The notes: generated by a model not told the origin, from the letters alone. A stretch of 64,000 nt of DNA from an uncultured virus (IMG/VR IMGVR_UViG_3300030328_002163) (IMGVR_UViG_3300030328_002163), one strand, 5' to 3'. Counted from the stretch's first letter, positions 22,101 through 31,254 are shown. Translations and numbers: made by a program.

Positions 22101-22274
22101 CGCACTAGTAGCTATCATGTCTAGTTGTGATGATTCTCCTACTACCTGCACACGCGAGTTTGCGGCTACACCAGTATTTGTGTTGGTTACAGCTACATAT
22201 GTAATGGCATTTTGAGAATGATTTACATCTATATCTCCATTTACATTTTCATTACTGAGTAGTCTTATAGCCAT
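19188..22274 (-). CDS. Tail fibre protein 2 with C-terminal peptidase S74 intramolecular chaperone
   Basis: GNVGIGT repeats; VVAYSDKKLKKNI...GVIAQE...LIEAIKEL. Confidence 0.85.
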   Translation of the reverse strand: MAIRLLSNENVNGDIDVNHSQNAITYVAVTNTNTGVAANSRVQVVGESSQLDMIATSAGYTGVTGWADAGIITTDSGASGGLKLNSQAGGIQLQIGTTSHFYLATTGNVGINDAGAAATSLSVKDTQDTVFTSGISVIRSANSDVGYINMVGGAFNLNSTKNTKLRVSNATKVEVSSAGINVNGLTETLTLYCTGDATLGTGTSDNHVFVGQVTHLTGDALGYKLYRTNGGTSMLISATGDAEIEFGTDDGSGGNTTHWTIGKDGTDNSFRISNSASLGTSDALTIDSSENATFAGQITAYAGGITTSANLNSSGDQGLLITNGSRLGFDQSGTRSWTVKAYGGNLNIDSGDGSGSFSTGTKSIIAGAATFSGDVEFDKNVWQDIGSTGGYIMRPHGADYMTSTGAHTGAIEIRIPTGGAARYDMVKFVIDIFDYEGKESVTVFVGGYIYEGIGNDTWVNCTAQVIASTTTQNYNVRFGDNGSVHCVWIGDTDTTWNYPQIIVRDFYGGYDTNIEQYLGAWDITFVTSFSAVDTLLSNNFPMSHGGTDDAYWTGSGNNIYNDNTGAVLIGATTTSISSSEKFEVLGNSGLFSAFIGDSDTIAPVYIKNSGTTSSNLNPHLLFQDNAGNRALLGIDYSQTHLFMTGHSGMDFYTNMSTPAKRMSITSSGNVGIGTDGPNARLEALTSTAGYTGIIRNTNAQSDSNGLLIQAGTTSTEYALKVSNTNDTTNFMSVKGSGYVGIGTTNPQCHFQLGDGSFNILQKIWGSGTAGIQIFTNSPSTGTKIASLEQYFSNEGFLGLYYNGTQKVRFRANDASFIAGGNLGIGTTSSSTAKLWLYGKVQNNGGLTITQDTTTAYSATSFNAYPSMNIQGVNTTNDYIGIRFSHAGNTEAAFGTIKGANNGEALFVFQGYNGSAYQQFGQIDCYSTDAGTLTMAGDVVAYSDKKLKKNIKTLEGSKVYDMRGVSFTRKDTGKEGSGVIAQEIQEIAPELIKTANDGTLGVAYGNLTGYLIEAIKELKAEIEELKKNK

Positions 22275-22288
22275 AATTTATATTTCTT

Positions 22289-22296
22289 CAAAGATA
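22289..22296 (-). promoter_or_regulatory. Bacteroidota -7 element TATCTTTG
   Basis: TAnnTTTG between two fibre genes. Confidence 0.65.
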
Positions 22297-22297
22297 G

Positions 22298-25200
22298 TTA
22301 ATTCTTAGAAGACATTTTTTTAATTTGTTCTTCGAGTCTATCTATTTGTTTTTGTTGTTCTTTTATTGCTTCAATTAAATACCCTGACAAGTTACCATAA
22401 GCAACTCCTTTATATTCACTATCATTATTTACAAGTTCTGGTGCAATTTTTTCTAATTCTTGTGCTATTACACCGCTACCTTTTTTACCTTCTTTTTTAA
22501 ACGACACTCCGCGCATTTTTAATACTTTTGATCCATCTAGTGTTTTTATGTCTGATTTTAATCTTTCATCTGAATATGCTACCACATCTCCAGTAGCTGT
22601 TACTGTTCCTGTAGTTGCTATTGTAAATAAAACCGTTGAGTTATTTTTATAAAAAGTATGACTATAATCACCGACATTTTGGTATCTCATGTTGTTGCTT
22701 TCCCAGTATGTACCATTTACATTAGTACCATTAGCTTGAAACAAAACACCCCCTGATAAAGCCGCTGCGGTGGATCCAAAAGTCATTGTTGTACACCCAC
22801 CAGAAATAGCACCTGGATTTGTGGTTCCTATTCCGAAATCCCCAGCATTATTAATAAGTAATAAATGTGTAGAATTTCCTGTGTCATATAAAGCAAAATC
22901 TCCCGCAGCAAATATGTTAGCACCAGCTCTCCATGTTTGACCTGAATAACCAAAATCAACACTAGGTCCAGAAGCACTACTTCCTGATGTGTTATCGAAC
23001 CTCATTAAAGGCCCACCAGCTCCACCTGGACCCGCTAAATGTAATTTATATGATGGAGATGTTTCTCCGATCCCTATATTTCCACTATTATTTATAACAA
23101 AATCAGCAGTTCCACTATTTACTCCAGCTCCTGTTGAGTCTACTACAGGATCTGTATTACCATCAACAGACCTTACTATAGCAAATTTATTATTATTTAA
23201 TGCATTAGTTATTAAAAATCTTTTAGCGCTACCTGTCATATTGGTGTCTGAATGAAGTAGTATCTGCCCATATGTTCCATACCAATTTGTACCATCAGAG
23301 TAGTTGTTTTTACCTCGAACCCTTAACGCGTGTTCATAGTTGGTTGTACTCGATGTAACTGGTTGATAGCCAACTGTTAAATTAGTGTATATTCCTGAGT
23401 CACCAACTACATCTAATTTATAACCAGGTGCAGTCGTTCCAATACCTACATTGCCACCATTCAATAATGTCATTTGTTCGGTACCACCACCATTTATAAA
23501 TCTTAATCTATCGGTGGCTCCCCCATATGCAATTTGAAATGCATTACTATTATTCGCAAGTAAAATAGAAGCTTTAGAAGTATCATCATTACCATTAGTA
23601 GCGTTTCTTTTTATTTGTACTAAATAATTATTATTAGCATACATAGAAGCACCATCTGATACTGATAACGCAGTAGTTGGTGCTGTCGTTCCAATTCCTA
23701 ATTTATCATTATAATATGGATATTGTGAAGATAATCCACTAACCGACTGAGTATAAAGACCAGTTAATGACCAACCAACTAAATTTGCATAACCAGCTCC
23801 ATATGTAAATCCATTAATTCTTACATTATAAGCATTTCCATTACTATTTAAATGTGCAACTCTTATTTTGTATGTACTTGTTGCAGAATCCCACCTTAAA
23901 ACATCTAAATAAACATTACCAGCTACTTCTCCTAAAGATTCTGATATTCTTGATGAATTTGTATATATTACGTTATTAGCATTTAAACCTAATGCATAAA
24001 TTCTTGTTAATCTACCAGGGGTATTTTGATTAGAATAACTTCCTGTAATACTTACTTCTAGTTCACCCCAATAAGAAATATTACCTAAATCAATATCAAA
24101 ATTTAAATTAGCAGTACCGTGAGTAAAATATGTTGAAGTTTTAACATCTTCAATAGTAGCTCCATTTAATAATCCTTGTGTTTGTGTGAAATCAGTTACA
24201 TCTAATTTATAACTAGGTCCAGTCGTTCCAATTCCAAAATTTCCACTATAACTAAGAAATGCTTTTATTCCACCACCTGTAGTCAGGGCTAAGTGGCCAT
24301 TTCCATATGTGCTTATATTGGTATATCCATTAGTATTATCCCACGATATATTAGCTTTTTCACTTCCATTGTGGCCAAAAGCTAATGATGTGTATTGAGC
24401 GCCTTGACTATCTATCCATATTCCATTATCGTTACCACCATATACGGTTAAAGCTTTATTAGGGGAATCTGTTCCTATTCCAAAATTTCCTTCTTCGATA
24501 CACACCGCTGAATTACCTGTTGTTGCAAGTCTATGATTTAAAGCATCTACAGAACCTTGTTTTATACCTAAATATCCCGCGTCAGATGTAGAAGCTGAAT
24601 TATAATAAAATAAAGCTCTATTTCTTTCAGGAGTACTAATCTCTAAAGCATAAGTTGCGCCCGCAACATTTGATATATCTAATTTTGCCTCAGGCGAAGC
24701 TGTTCCAATTCCAACATTACCCCCGTTCAATATAGTTAACATATTAGCAGGGGTGGTTTCATTATAAAAATATATTCTAGAGGTATCGTGTTCAATGGAA
24801 AAATTATTTCCCCCTGTTCTTCTAAAAGCTATTTTTTTATCGCTACCAACATTATTACAAGTAATTGTCCCACCTACTGAAATTGCTCCGGCAAAAGTTG
24901 AATCATTGGTTGCAAAAGTTATAGGCCCATCGCCTATAGCTGTAGCACCCGTAAACTTACTTACTGTGTTTGTTGTTCCGCTTCCTGTAATTGTTCCTGT
25001 GGTGGGTGTTGTCCATGTAGGCAGTGCATTACCTTGAGATGTTAGTACTTGTCCACTTGTTCCGTAGTTTGTTCCTGAAGGACCTACAGAAAAGGCTCCT
25101 GTTTCGGTAATTTTAAATCTTTCTAAGCCAGATGTTGTTCCTGATGCTGCGGTTAAAAATCTAATATAACCACCATCGGCGCTGGTAGCTGTTTGTTCTA

Positions 25201-25531
25201 AATGAATAGATGCTAAATATCCTCTATTGCTTTTTCCTGTTAACCTACCCCCAGCAGTTGCCACATCTAAAGCCTGTATGCTTTCAATCTGTCCATTAGT
25301 GTCTATTCTCCCTGTACCTCCAGAGCTTACAACATCAAACTTTCCCGCACCTGTTATTATTAAATCTAAAGAATTGTATTGAGGCACAAATGTCCACGTG
25401 CTATCAGGAGTAGGAGCTGTGTTGGTTAATGTAAATGTTGAAGCCGCATTACTAGAGCCGCTTAATGTAATTGAGTTATTTACAGTTAACGCCCCGTCTA
25501 TATTACCGTTACTTAAGAATTTTAACGCCAT
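22298..25531 (-). CDS. Tail fibre protein 1 with C-terminal peptidase S74 intramolecular chaperone
   Basis: GNxGIGT repeats; VVAYSDERLKSDI...GVIAQE...LIEAIKEQ. Confidence 0.85.
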   Translation of the reverse strand: MALKFLSNGNIDGALTVNNSITLSGSSNAASTFTLTNTAPTPDSTWTFVPQYNSLDLIITGAGKFDVVSSGGTGRIDTNGQIESIQALDVATAGGRLTGKSNRGYLASIHLEQTATSADGGYIRFLTAASGTTSGLERFKITETGAFSVGPSGTNYGTSGQVLTSQGNALPTWTTPTTGTITGSGTTNTVSKFTGATAIGDGPITFATNDSTFAGAISVGGTITCNNVGSDKKIAFRRTGGNNFSIEHDTSRIYFYNETTPANMLTILNGGNVGIGTASPEAKLDISNVAGATYALEISTPERNRALFYYNSASTSDAGYLGIKQGSVDALNHRLATTGNSAVCIEEGNFGIGTDSPNKALTVYGGNDNGIWIDSQGAQYTSLAFGHNGSEKANISWDNTNGYTNISTYGNGHLALTTGGGIKAFLSYSGNFGIGTTGPSYKLDVTDFTQTQGLLNGATIEDVKTSTYFTHGTANLNFDIDLGNISYWGELEVSITGSYSNQNTPGRLTRIYALGLNANNVIYTNSSRISESLGEVAGNVYLDVLRWDSATSTYKIRVAHLNSNGNAYNVRINGFTYGAGYANLVGWSLTGLYTQSVSGLSSQYPYYNDKLGIGTTAPTTALSVSDGASMYANNNYLVQIKRNATNGNDDTSKASILLANNSNAFQIAYGGATDRLRFINGGGTEQMTLLNGGNVGIGTTAPGYKLDVVGDSGIYTNLTVGYQPVTSSTTNYEHALRVRGKNNYSDGTNWYGTYGQILLHSDTNMTGSAKRFLITNALNNNKFAIVRSVDGNTDPVVDSTGAGVNSGTADFVINNSGNIGIGETSPSYKLHLAGPGGAGGPLMRFDNTSGSSASGPSVDFGYSGQTWRAGANIFAAGDFALYDTGNSTHLLLINNAGDFGIGTTNPGAISGGCTTMTFGSTAAALSGGVLFQANGTNVNGTYWESNNMRYQNVGDYSHTFYKNNSTVLFTIATTGTVTATGDVVAYSDERLKSDIKTLDGSKVLKMRGVSFKKEGKKGSGVIAQELEKIAPELVNNDSEYKGVAYGNLSGYLIEAIKEQQKQIDRLEEQIKKMSSKN

Positions 25532-25551
25532 GTAAGTAAATTAAAGTTTAA

Positions 25552-27048
25552 TTAACTTACAGATATCAATATTCTTGCAGCATTAGTAGCTAAAGCAGTT
25601 GTAGTTGTTATTGTTACGACAGTCGTGCTTGTTCTAACCGTGTCACAGTAAATTGTATCGTAAGTTGTTTTGTCATATAATTGCACAATCACATCTCTTG
25701 TACCTAAATTATGTGTAACAGCTATAGAAGTATTTGTTCCGTCTCCTACATCTGCTGCATAATTTAAATTATCTCCTACACAAGTCTGAACCGCTGTACA
25801 GAAATCTGTTATTTGAGTAGATGGAATAGCAATGGTTTGTTCTGACATTCCTGTAACAATTCCATGAGTATCTACTGTAGCAGATAATGACTTAGTTACA
25901 CCTCCATAAGTTCCATTAGATGTTTGTGTGTCTAAAGAAACCGCTCCCGCCGCTGTAATTGTTGTTCCTCCGTTTGTTGGAAAACTAGCTAAACCTGGTG
26001 TTGTTGCAGTTGCAATATCAATATTTGCCTGTACAGTAACCCAATCTCCAATAACTGAAGCTCCAGCTGCTGCTGCAGACTTACATATTACTTGATCACC
26101 GACTGCTAAAGGCTCTGAAGCATCTCCATAAAAATCACCTGCTGTTGTTACCACATAAAAGTCACCAACTGCAATAGCAATCCTTGATCCTCCAGTGGTT
26201 AAGTTGTCACTTCCTCCATCTATTACACCTGTTGTAGCATTAAATCCTCCTTTAAATTCAAGTAATCCCACCGTAGCAGCATCTACATAATTTTTAGTTG
26301 CCGCATCTTGTGCATTAGTAGGATCTAATAGTCCTGTAATTTTTTTACTATTCATAGCAAGAGCAGCGTCAGGTAAGCCTAATAGGTTTATAGGAATTTC
26401 ATTACTTGCTTTTCTTTTCTGAGCTGTTCCATCTAATACAATAAATTCATCAGTATTAACCCATGATTGAGTCATGTCTGGTAAATCTTCTAATTTTAGA
26501 TCATATGTTACTGTATCAGTGGCACTAACAGTTGCTTCTAATCCAGTATTGTGAGCAAATGTAATTGTGTTTCCATTTACTACCGCTTCTGAAGTTGTAC
26601 CATCGCTAATGTTAAATGTAGTTATTGGTTCTGTACCAGCTGTAACTGCTGTTATTTGTCCTTTTTTGTTATAACCAATGCTTACTGGATATGCAACACT
26701 TCCTGCTGCCGCACTTGGCGCATTATCATTCATGGTGATTGCAACTTGTCTAGTAGCTCCTACTGTTGTTGTGATAAATCCTGTTTCTCCAGCAATTTTA
26801 GCAGTTTCTCCATTACTAATTGTTTGATTGCTTCCTGAATCTGCTGTTAAAATCCAAGTAACCATACCAGATGATATTGCCACCCATGTATTACTACCAG
26901 TGTGGTAGTAAAGTTCGTTTGTGTCAGTTCTGTAAATAAGTTGTCCTTCTCCTGCTAATCCTGTGGGGTTAGCTGTTACATTGTCGACAATAAAGTTTTT
27001 TATCTCATTATTGTCAAGATCGATATTAGATAAATATTTTATTGCCAT
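25552..27048 (-). CDS. Proximal tail fibre/structural protein
   Basis: MAIKYLSNIDL start, PTNAQDAATKNYVD fibre motif, VTHNLGTRDV C-terminus. Confidence 0.65.
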   Translation of the reverse strand: MAIKYLSNIDLDNNEIKNFIVDNVTANPTGLAGEGQLIYRTDTNELYYHTGSNTWVAISSGMVTWILTADSGSNQTISNGETAKIAGETGFITTTVGATRQVAITMNDNAPSAAAGSVAYPVSIGYNKKGQITAVTAGTEPITTFNISDGTTSEAVVNGNTITFAHNTGLEATVSATDTVTYDLKLEDLPDMTQSWVNTDEFIVLDGTAQKRKASNEIPINLLGLPDAALAMNSKKITGLLDPTNAQDAATKNYVDAATVGLLEFKGGFNATTGVIDGGSDNLTTGGSRIAIAVGDFYVVTTAGDFYGDASEPLAVGDQVICKSAAAAGASVIGDWVTVQANIDIATATTPGLASFPTNGGTTITAAGAVSLDTQTSNGTYGGVTKSLSATVDTHGIVTGMSEQTIAIPSTQITDFCTAVQTCVGDNLNYAADVGDGTNTSIAVTHNLGTRDVIVQLYDKTTYDTIYCDTVRTSTTVVTITTTTALATNAARILISVS

Positions 27049-27059
27049 AATCTTTTATT

Positions 27060-27785
27060 TTAATTAAATGTTACCACTCCAGTAAATCCTGGATTAGCGG
27101 GTTGTGCAAATGTTAGTGTTACTTGTTTTGTGTCGATAAAATCTACATCACAAAACACCTCATCACCTGGACTTGCTTGTGTACCTGTAAATACAGTAAC
27201 AGATGGAAATTTATCGAGTCCATGAGTAACTGTATATTGATTGGAGCCACTCAAAGCAAAAGTATAATTCGCATCTGATGTACCAGGATACGTAAGCAAA
27301 GATATAAAATAATCTTTGTTTGCTGTTAAGCCATTTTGACTGTTCTTATGAGTAACTACAATATCGTAATAATTTCCACTTGCATCTACAGTTGCCGAGT
27401 TCCAAGTAAAAACTGCCCATTTAGATATATCATCACACTGTGTTATTAACACATCTGCTCCAACTAATCCGGTTTGGTAATATCCTGAAACGTCTGTTGT
27501 TGGTTCAACCAACTGATATTTGCTAAGTTTAAATCCTGTTATTCCAGAAAAAGCAACTGAATCAGCTCCTTGAGGATCAAATGATAAGGTTCCTGATCCT
27601 ACCGGAACAGTGTTAGTATATATAAACCTTAACGCTTGAGACTGAACAGCCTCCCTATTCATGAATTCTGCAACAGACTCTAATGTAAAGTTTTTGGTTG
27701 CAAAACTACTATCGGCATCTGAGCCAATCCATTTGTCAGATCCGACTAACTTGGTGTCTAAGGGATAGGTACTAATTCTTGCCAT
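27060..27785 (-). CDS. Virion structural protein (fibre associated)
   Basis: MARISTYP start, VTHGLDKFPSVTV C-terminal motif. Confidence 0.55.
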   Translation of the reverse strand: MARISTYPLDTKLVGSDKWIGSDADSSFATKNFTLESVAEFMNREAVQSQALRFIYTNTVPVGSGTLSFDPQGADSVAFSGITGFKLSKYQLVEPTTDVSGYYQTGLVGADVLITQCDDISKWAVFTWNSATVDASGNYYDIVVTHKNSQNGLTANKDYFISLLTYPGTSDANYTFALSGSNQYTVTHGLDKFPSVTVFTGTQASPGDEVFCDVDFIDTKQVTLTFAQPANPGFTGVVTFN

Positions 27786-27800
27786 AATCTTTTATTTTAA

Positions 27801-27808
27801 CAAAGGTA
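27801..27808 (-). promoter_or_regulatory. Bacteroidota -7 element TACCTTTG
   Basis: TAnnTTTG upstream of ATG 27785. Confidence 0.65.
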
Positions 27809-27827
27809 ATAAATCTTTTTCTTTGTT

Positions 27828-28235
27828 TTATTTTCTCCAAATCTTTGCGGTTTTTTCTATTCCACGTGAAGTAAAATAAAAACCTAAACTCATAATTACT
27901 ATTTGTCCTAGTAAATCTACATACTGATTTGCAATATTAAATTCACCAATGTTTCCATCGGTTAAGGCAAATAAAGTATAAAGAACTAAAGAAAAAATAG
28001 TAAGTAGGGGCCGTATATTCTTCGAGAGCCATGAGTCTGATTGCATATCTGCGGCATGTCGAGATGTTATTTCTTTTTCTAAACTAATCTCATGTGACAT
28101 AAAGATTTCGGTCATTTGTTTTTCAAATTCCGCCTTTTCATCTTTTGTCCTTACGAACTTATCGACTACTCCTCCAAGTTTTTCTGCGATGGAAACTCCA
28201 GCTCCACCGAAAATTTTAGCTAATATTTGTTTCAT
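27828..28235 (-). CDS. Holin (GTA 3TM holin-like)
   Basis: DMQSDSWLSKNIRP followed by two hydrophobic helices and YFTSRGIEK; coupled to the amidase. Confidence 0.7.
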   Translation of the reverse strand: MKQILAKIFGGAGVSIAEKLGGVVDKFVRTKDEKAEFEKQMTEIFMSHEISLEKEITSRHAADMQSDSWLSKNIRPLLTIFSLVLYTLFALTDGNIGEFNIANQYVDLLGQIVIMSLGFYFTSRGIEKTAKIWRK

Positions 28236-28645
28236 AGTATATATTTATATTCTTCTTTAGCATCATAACTAGGACACATTTTAGTTGAAAAATCTCTATG
28301 TCCATATATTTCAGCGTTAGGGTGAAATTTTTTTAATAAACTTAATAAATCTAATAACGTTGCTCTTTGTTCATCCGTTCTTGTATCTTCCCACTCTTTC
28401 ATGTTCTCATCCATTCCTCCAATATAACACACACCAATACTAGATTTATTTTCTCCTTTACAGTGGGCCCCTTGAACATCAACCATTCTTCCATATTCCA
28501 TTGTTCCATCTAAATGTACAATATAATGATAACCAATATCTGAAAACCCTCTTTCTAAATGCCATTTTTTTATAGTTTCGGCACTAAAGTGTTTTCCTTT
28601 TGGTGTTGCAGAACAGTGTACAATAATCTTATCTATCTTTCTCAT
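28232..28645 (-). CDS. N-acetylmuramoyl-L-alanine amidase endolysin (T7 lysozyme-like)
   Basis: IIVHCSAT, DIGYHY, GAHC, SIGVCYIGG, GHRDF, KMCPS; likely start is ATG 28645. Confidence 0.9.
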   Translation of the reverse strand: MRKIDKIIVHCSATPKGKHFSAETIKKWHLERGFSDIGYHYIVHLDGTMEYGRMVDVQGAHCKGENKSSIGVCYIGGMDENMKEWEDTRTDEQRATLLDLLSLLKKFHPNAEIYGHRDFSTKMCPSYDAKEEYKYIL

Positions 28646-28727
28646 AATTTTTAAGTATGTATACAATGATGGCCATTCCTATTGTCATAGAAAACATCAT
28701 CATAAATGTTTCATCATAAGGGCTCAT
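28629..28727 (-). CDS. 32 aa single-TM peptide in the lysis cassette
   Basis: MSPYDETFMMMFSMTIGMAIIVYILKNYEKDR; coupled to both neighbours. Confidence 0.5.
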   Translation of the reverse strand: MSPYDETFMMMFSMTIGMAIIVYILKNYEKDR

Positions 28728-29041
28728 TATCGTTTATAAACCTTTTCTTCTAGCCCTTCTAATCTTTTATCATGCTGATCCTCTAGCCTTTCTACTTGTT
28801 TTTCTAGAAAATCAATTTTTTGAGTCAAAGACTCTATGTTTATTTTTTCCTGTTTAGGCAATTCTTTAGCTATTTCTATTTCAGATGTAAGCTGAGAATA
28901 AGTCATTGTTAAACTAATTATACCCCCTATTAATAATCCTAAAAATTTAACATCAATTTTTATGTCTGATTTTCCGTCATTATCAAGATCTACTTCTACT
29001 TTTTTATTTAACACTGTTTTATTTTTTATTGATTGATCCAA
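28727..29041 (-). CDS. TM plus coiled-coil protein, paralogue C
   Basis: One TM helix, SEIEIAKELPK, ends LEEKVYKR. Confidence 0.6.
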   Translation of the reverse strand: MDQSIKNKTVLNKKVEVDLDNDGKSDIKIDVKFLGLLIGGIISLTMTYSQLTSEIEIAKELPKQEKINIESLTQKIDFLEKQVERLEDQHDKRLEGLEEKVYKR

Positions 29042-29352
29042 ACTCTGTTTATAGATTTTTGGATGTCCTCTTTTGTTGCTTGTATTTTAAAAGAAATGTC
29101 TGCTGCATATTGCATCTTAACCTTACCATCTTTTCCTAAAATAACTATAACAGGAACAGTTTTAATTGATTTAACTATGTGTTCTGGTTGGTCTTCTAGC
29201 CACGCATATTGAACTTTAGCGTTTTGTAATCCTCTTAGGTTATAATTATTTCTATCATTCCATTTGTAATTAAAATGAATCACTGTAACTTTTTCTTGAG
29301 CATATGCTGAAAATCCGAAAAGGATAAGTAAAATTAAAATTAAATTTTTCAT
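29026..29352 (-). CDS. Secreted thioredoxin-like-fold protein without CxxC
   Basis: Signal peptide ending AYA-Q; VIHFNYKWN and IKTVPVIVIL (cis-Pro-like motif). Confidence 0.5.
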   Translation of the reverse strand: MKNLILILLILFGFSAYAQEKVTVIHFNYKWNDRNNYNLRGLQNAKVQYAWLEDQPEHIVKSIKTVPVIVILGKDGKVKMQYAADISFKIQATKEDIQKSINRVWINQ

Positions 29353-29657
29353 CTTTTATAAACTTTATCTTCGAGTTCTTTAATTCTCTTTTTGTTATCT
29401 AATATGTCTTCTTTTAAAACCTCTGTTGATTTATCAATTTGTAATATAGTACTTCTTACTAATTCATCTTTTAACTGAAACTCCATTCTTTGTACAAACT
29501 CATCTCCATTATAGTTTTCAATTTTATTATTAAGATCTTGTATATCTCCCTGTAAGGTGAACCACATACTCGCAAGGGATATTACACCACCCACGAGCAA
29601 AGCTATAGTCTTGAGATCGAGTTTGATTTCTGTGTCTTCACTGAGTTTTTTTGCCAT
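29349..29657 (-). CDS. TM plus coiled-coil protein, paralogue B
   Basis: One TM helix, WFTLQGDI, ends LEDKVYKR. Confidence 0.6.
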   Translation of the reverse strand: MAKKLSEDTEIKLDLKTIALLVGGVISLASMWFTLQGDIQDLNNKIENYNGDEFVQRMEFQLKDELVRSTILQIDKSTEVLKEDILDNKKRIKELEDKVYKR

Positions 29658-29658
29658 C

Positions 29659-29934
29659 TTATTCTTTGTTTTTTATTATATAATCTTTAATATATTTAAT
29701 ATCATCCTTAATGTCTGAAATATCTTCTTTCATATTATCAAAGTCGTTTTTAATTATTTCATCTTTATAAGATAATTCAATTTTAGTAACCTCTGGTTTG
29801 GGTAATTCTTTTGCTAATGCAATTTCGGATTGTAAAGTAAAAAATACTGCAAGTAAAGAACCCAATCCAAGTGCTCCGGCAATTAGCTCTTTAATTGTTA
29901 AACTAAATTTGCTTTTTGGATTTATTCCTTTCAT
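29659..29934 (-). CDS. TM plus coiled-coil protein, paralogue A
   Basis: One TM helix, FFTLQSEIALAKELPK. Confidence 0.6.
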   Translation of the reverse strand: MKGINPKSKFSLTIKELIAGALGLGSLLAVFFTLQSEIALAKELPKPEVTKIELSYKDEIIKNDFDNMKEDISDIKDDIKYIKDYIIKNKE

Positions 29935-30016
29935 TGTATTTAATTTTTTACATAAACGTAGTGAAACGTAATTTCATTATTTAACAAACTGTTCGTTTGT
30001 GTATATTCCACACTAT

Positions 30017-30811
30017 CTACCATATTGCTATAAGTTTATCAGCTGTTGTTCCTGAAGCCATTACTTGCACACATTGAACTGGTAAATAACTACCAACCTG
30101 ACAATTGTAAAAAGTAACTATATCTCCAGCAGTTGTTCTAACTGTTACATTATAGAATTGAGTTGCAATTGTGGTCGCGGCTGTAGCATCACCTACATAA
30201 ATTAAACATCCTTCATTATTAGATGTTGTTGCCACCCCTCCATTTGCTCCTCCATAAGCAGGATAGTTCGCTCCACCCTCATCTTGAGAATATATTCTAA
30301 AGTTATCATTATATGTAGTGTCGGAGCCAAATATATTAGCACTCAACGCTAACTGATCGGCATTGGTTACCGCGGTAACAGTAGCAATAGTTCCCGCATC
30401 TGTATTTATTACCACATCATTGACCTTTACTCCTTTGGCTACAAAATCTACTTCATCATCCACCAAAGCATCTTGCCTTACTATTAAATAGTTTTCAGGA
30501 GAGGCTGCAAATATATTAGATCCAAACGCCAACTGTGTTGTGGAATCTACTGCGGTAACTGCCGCATTTGCAGGAGTTGTGGTATTATACACTACATCAC
30601 CAACTATTACAGGTAGCGGAGTAGTGGTAGATTGAAAGGTTGCACCACTATCAATTAACTTATTAGTGGCAGTAGAAGTGTTAGCACCAGAATCAACTGA
30701 GTTGCCTACGCCTGTTGCTGCAATAAAATTAGGGTTTGGTATTGGTATAGTGTCACTTGGCACCACTATAAGTGCTTGACCCGTATTAACGGTAATTTTT
30801 GGATACGCCAT
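30017..30811 (-). CDS. Virion structural protein with two internal beta-rich repeats
   Basis: Thr/Ala/Gly-rich; C-terminal LIYVG...GSYLPVQCVQVMASGTTA motif. Confidence 0.55.
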   Translation of the reverse strand: MAYPKITVNTGQALIVVPSDTIPIPNPNFIAATGVGNSVDSGANTSTATNKLIDSGATFQSTTTPLPVIVGDVVYNTTTPANAAVTAVDSTTQLAFGSNIFAASPENYLIVRQDALVDDEVDFVAKGVKVNDVVINTDAGTIATVTAVTNADQLALSANIFGSDTTYNDNFRIYSQDEGGANYPAYGGANGGVATTSNNEGCLIYVGDATAATTIATQFYNVTVRTTAGDIVTFYNCQVGSYLPVQCVQVMASGTTADKLIAIW

Positions 30812-30841
30812 TTTATTTTATTTTGAGGTTAAAAATCTCTT

Positions 30842-30988
30842 TTACTTACTATATGGAAATGTGCGATTCAAGGTATCCCTACGCTTATTACAACCGCAAT
30901 CACCATTAGTAACTTTTTCGACTACATTTTTAATACCAGTAGCCTTGGTAATTTTTTCTATTGTATCGCCCAATCCTCTTGACTTCAT
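30842..30988 (-). CDS. 48 aa small phage protein (GLGDT...CGC)
   Basis: MKSRGLGDTIEKITKATGIKNVVEKVTNGDCGCNKRRDTLNRTFPYSK; below ORF track cutoff. Confidence 0.7.
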   Translation of the reverse strand: MKSRGLGDTIEKITKATGIKNVVEKVTNGDCGCNKRRDTLNRTFPYSK

Positions 30989-30994
30989 CTATCC

Positions 30995-31135
30995 TTATTT
31001 TTTACAAACACATTGTGCGACTGGACATTCTTTAACATTAAATATTAATTTAGATATCATCCAGTTCCATTTGCATTGAAACTTGCACCAGATTTTTTGA
31101 ATCCATAATCCTATTTTAACGAACAACTTGCCCAT
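30995..31135 (-). CDS. 46 aa Cys/Trp-rich peptide
   Basis: MGKLFVKIGLWIQKIWCKFQCKWNW...CPVAQCVCKK from ATG 31135. Confidence 0.55.
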   Translation of the reverse strand: MGKLFVKIGLWIQKIWCKFQCKWNWMISKLIFNVKECPVAQCVCKK

Positions 31136-31136
31136 T

Positions 31137-31253
31137 TTATTTCTTTTTTTTCTTAATGTTTTTCTTTGCTCTTCTAACAGCAACAACGCCTTTGTTGACA
31201 GCTTCTACTGTTTGTAGTTTTTTCTTAAGATTTTGTAACCAATTTTTGCTCAT
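31137..31253 (-). CDS. 38 aa basic peptide
   Basis: MSKNWLQNLKKKLQTVEAVNKGVVAVRRAKKNIKKKKK; tiles exactly between its neighbours. Confidence 0.55.
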   Translation of the reverse strand: MSKNWLQNLKKKLQTVEAVNKGVVAVRRAKKNIKKKKK

Positions 31254-31254
31254 T

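Noticed and set aside
15916..25531. Diversity-generating retroelement or invertase-based fibre switching
   Set aside because: No reverse transcriptase, recombinase, adenine-variant TR/VR pair or inverted cassettes seen
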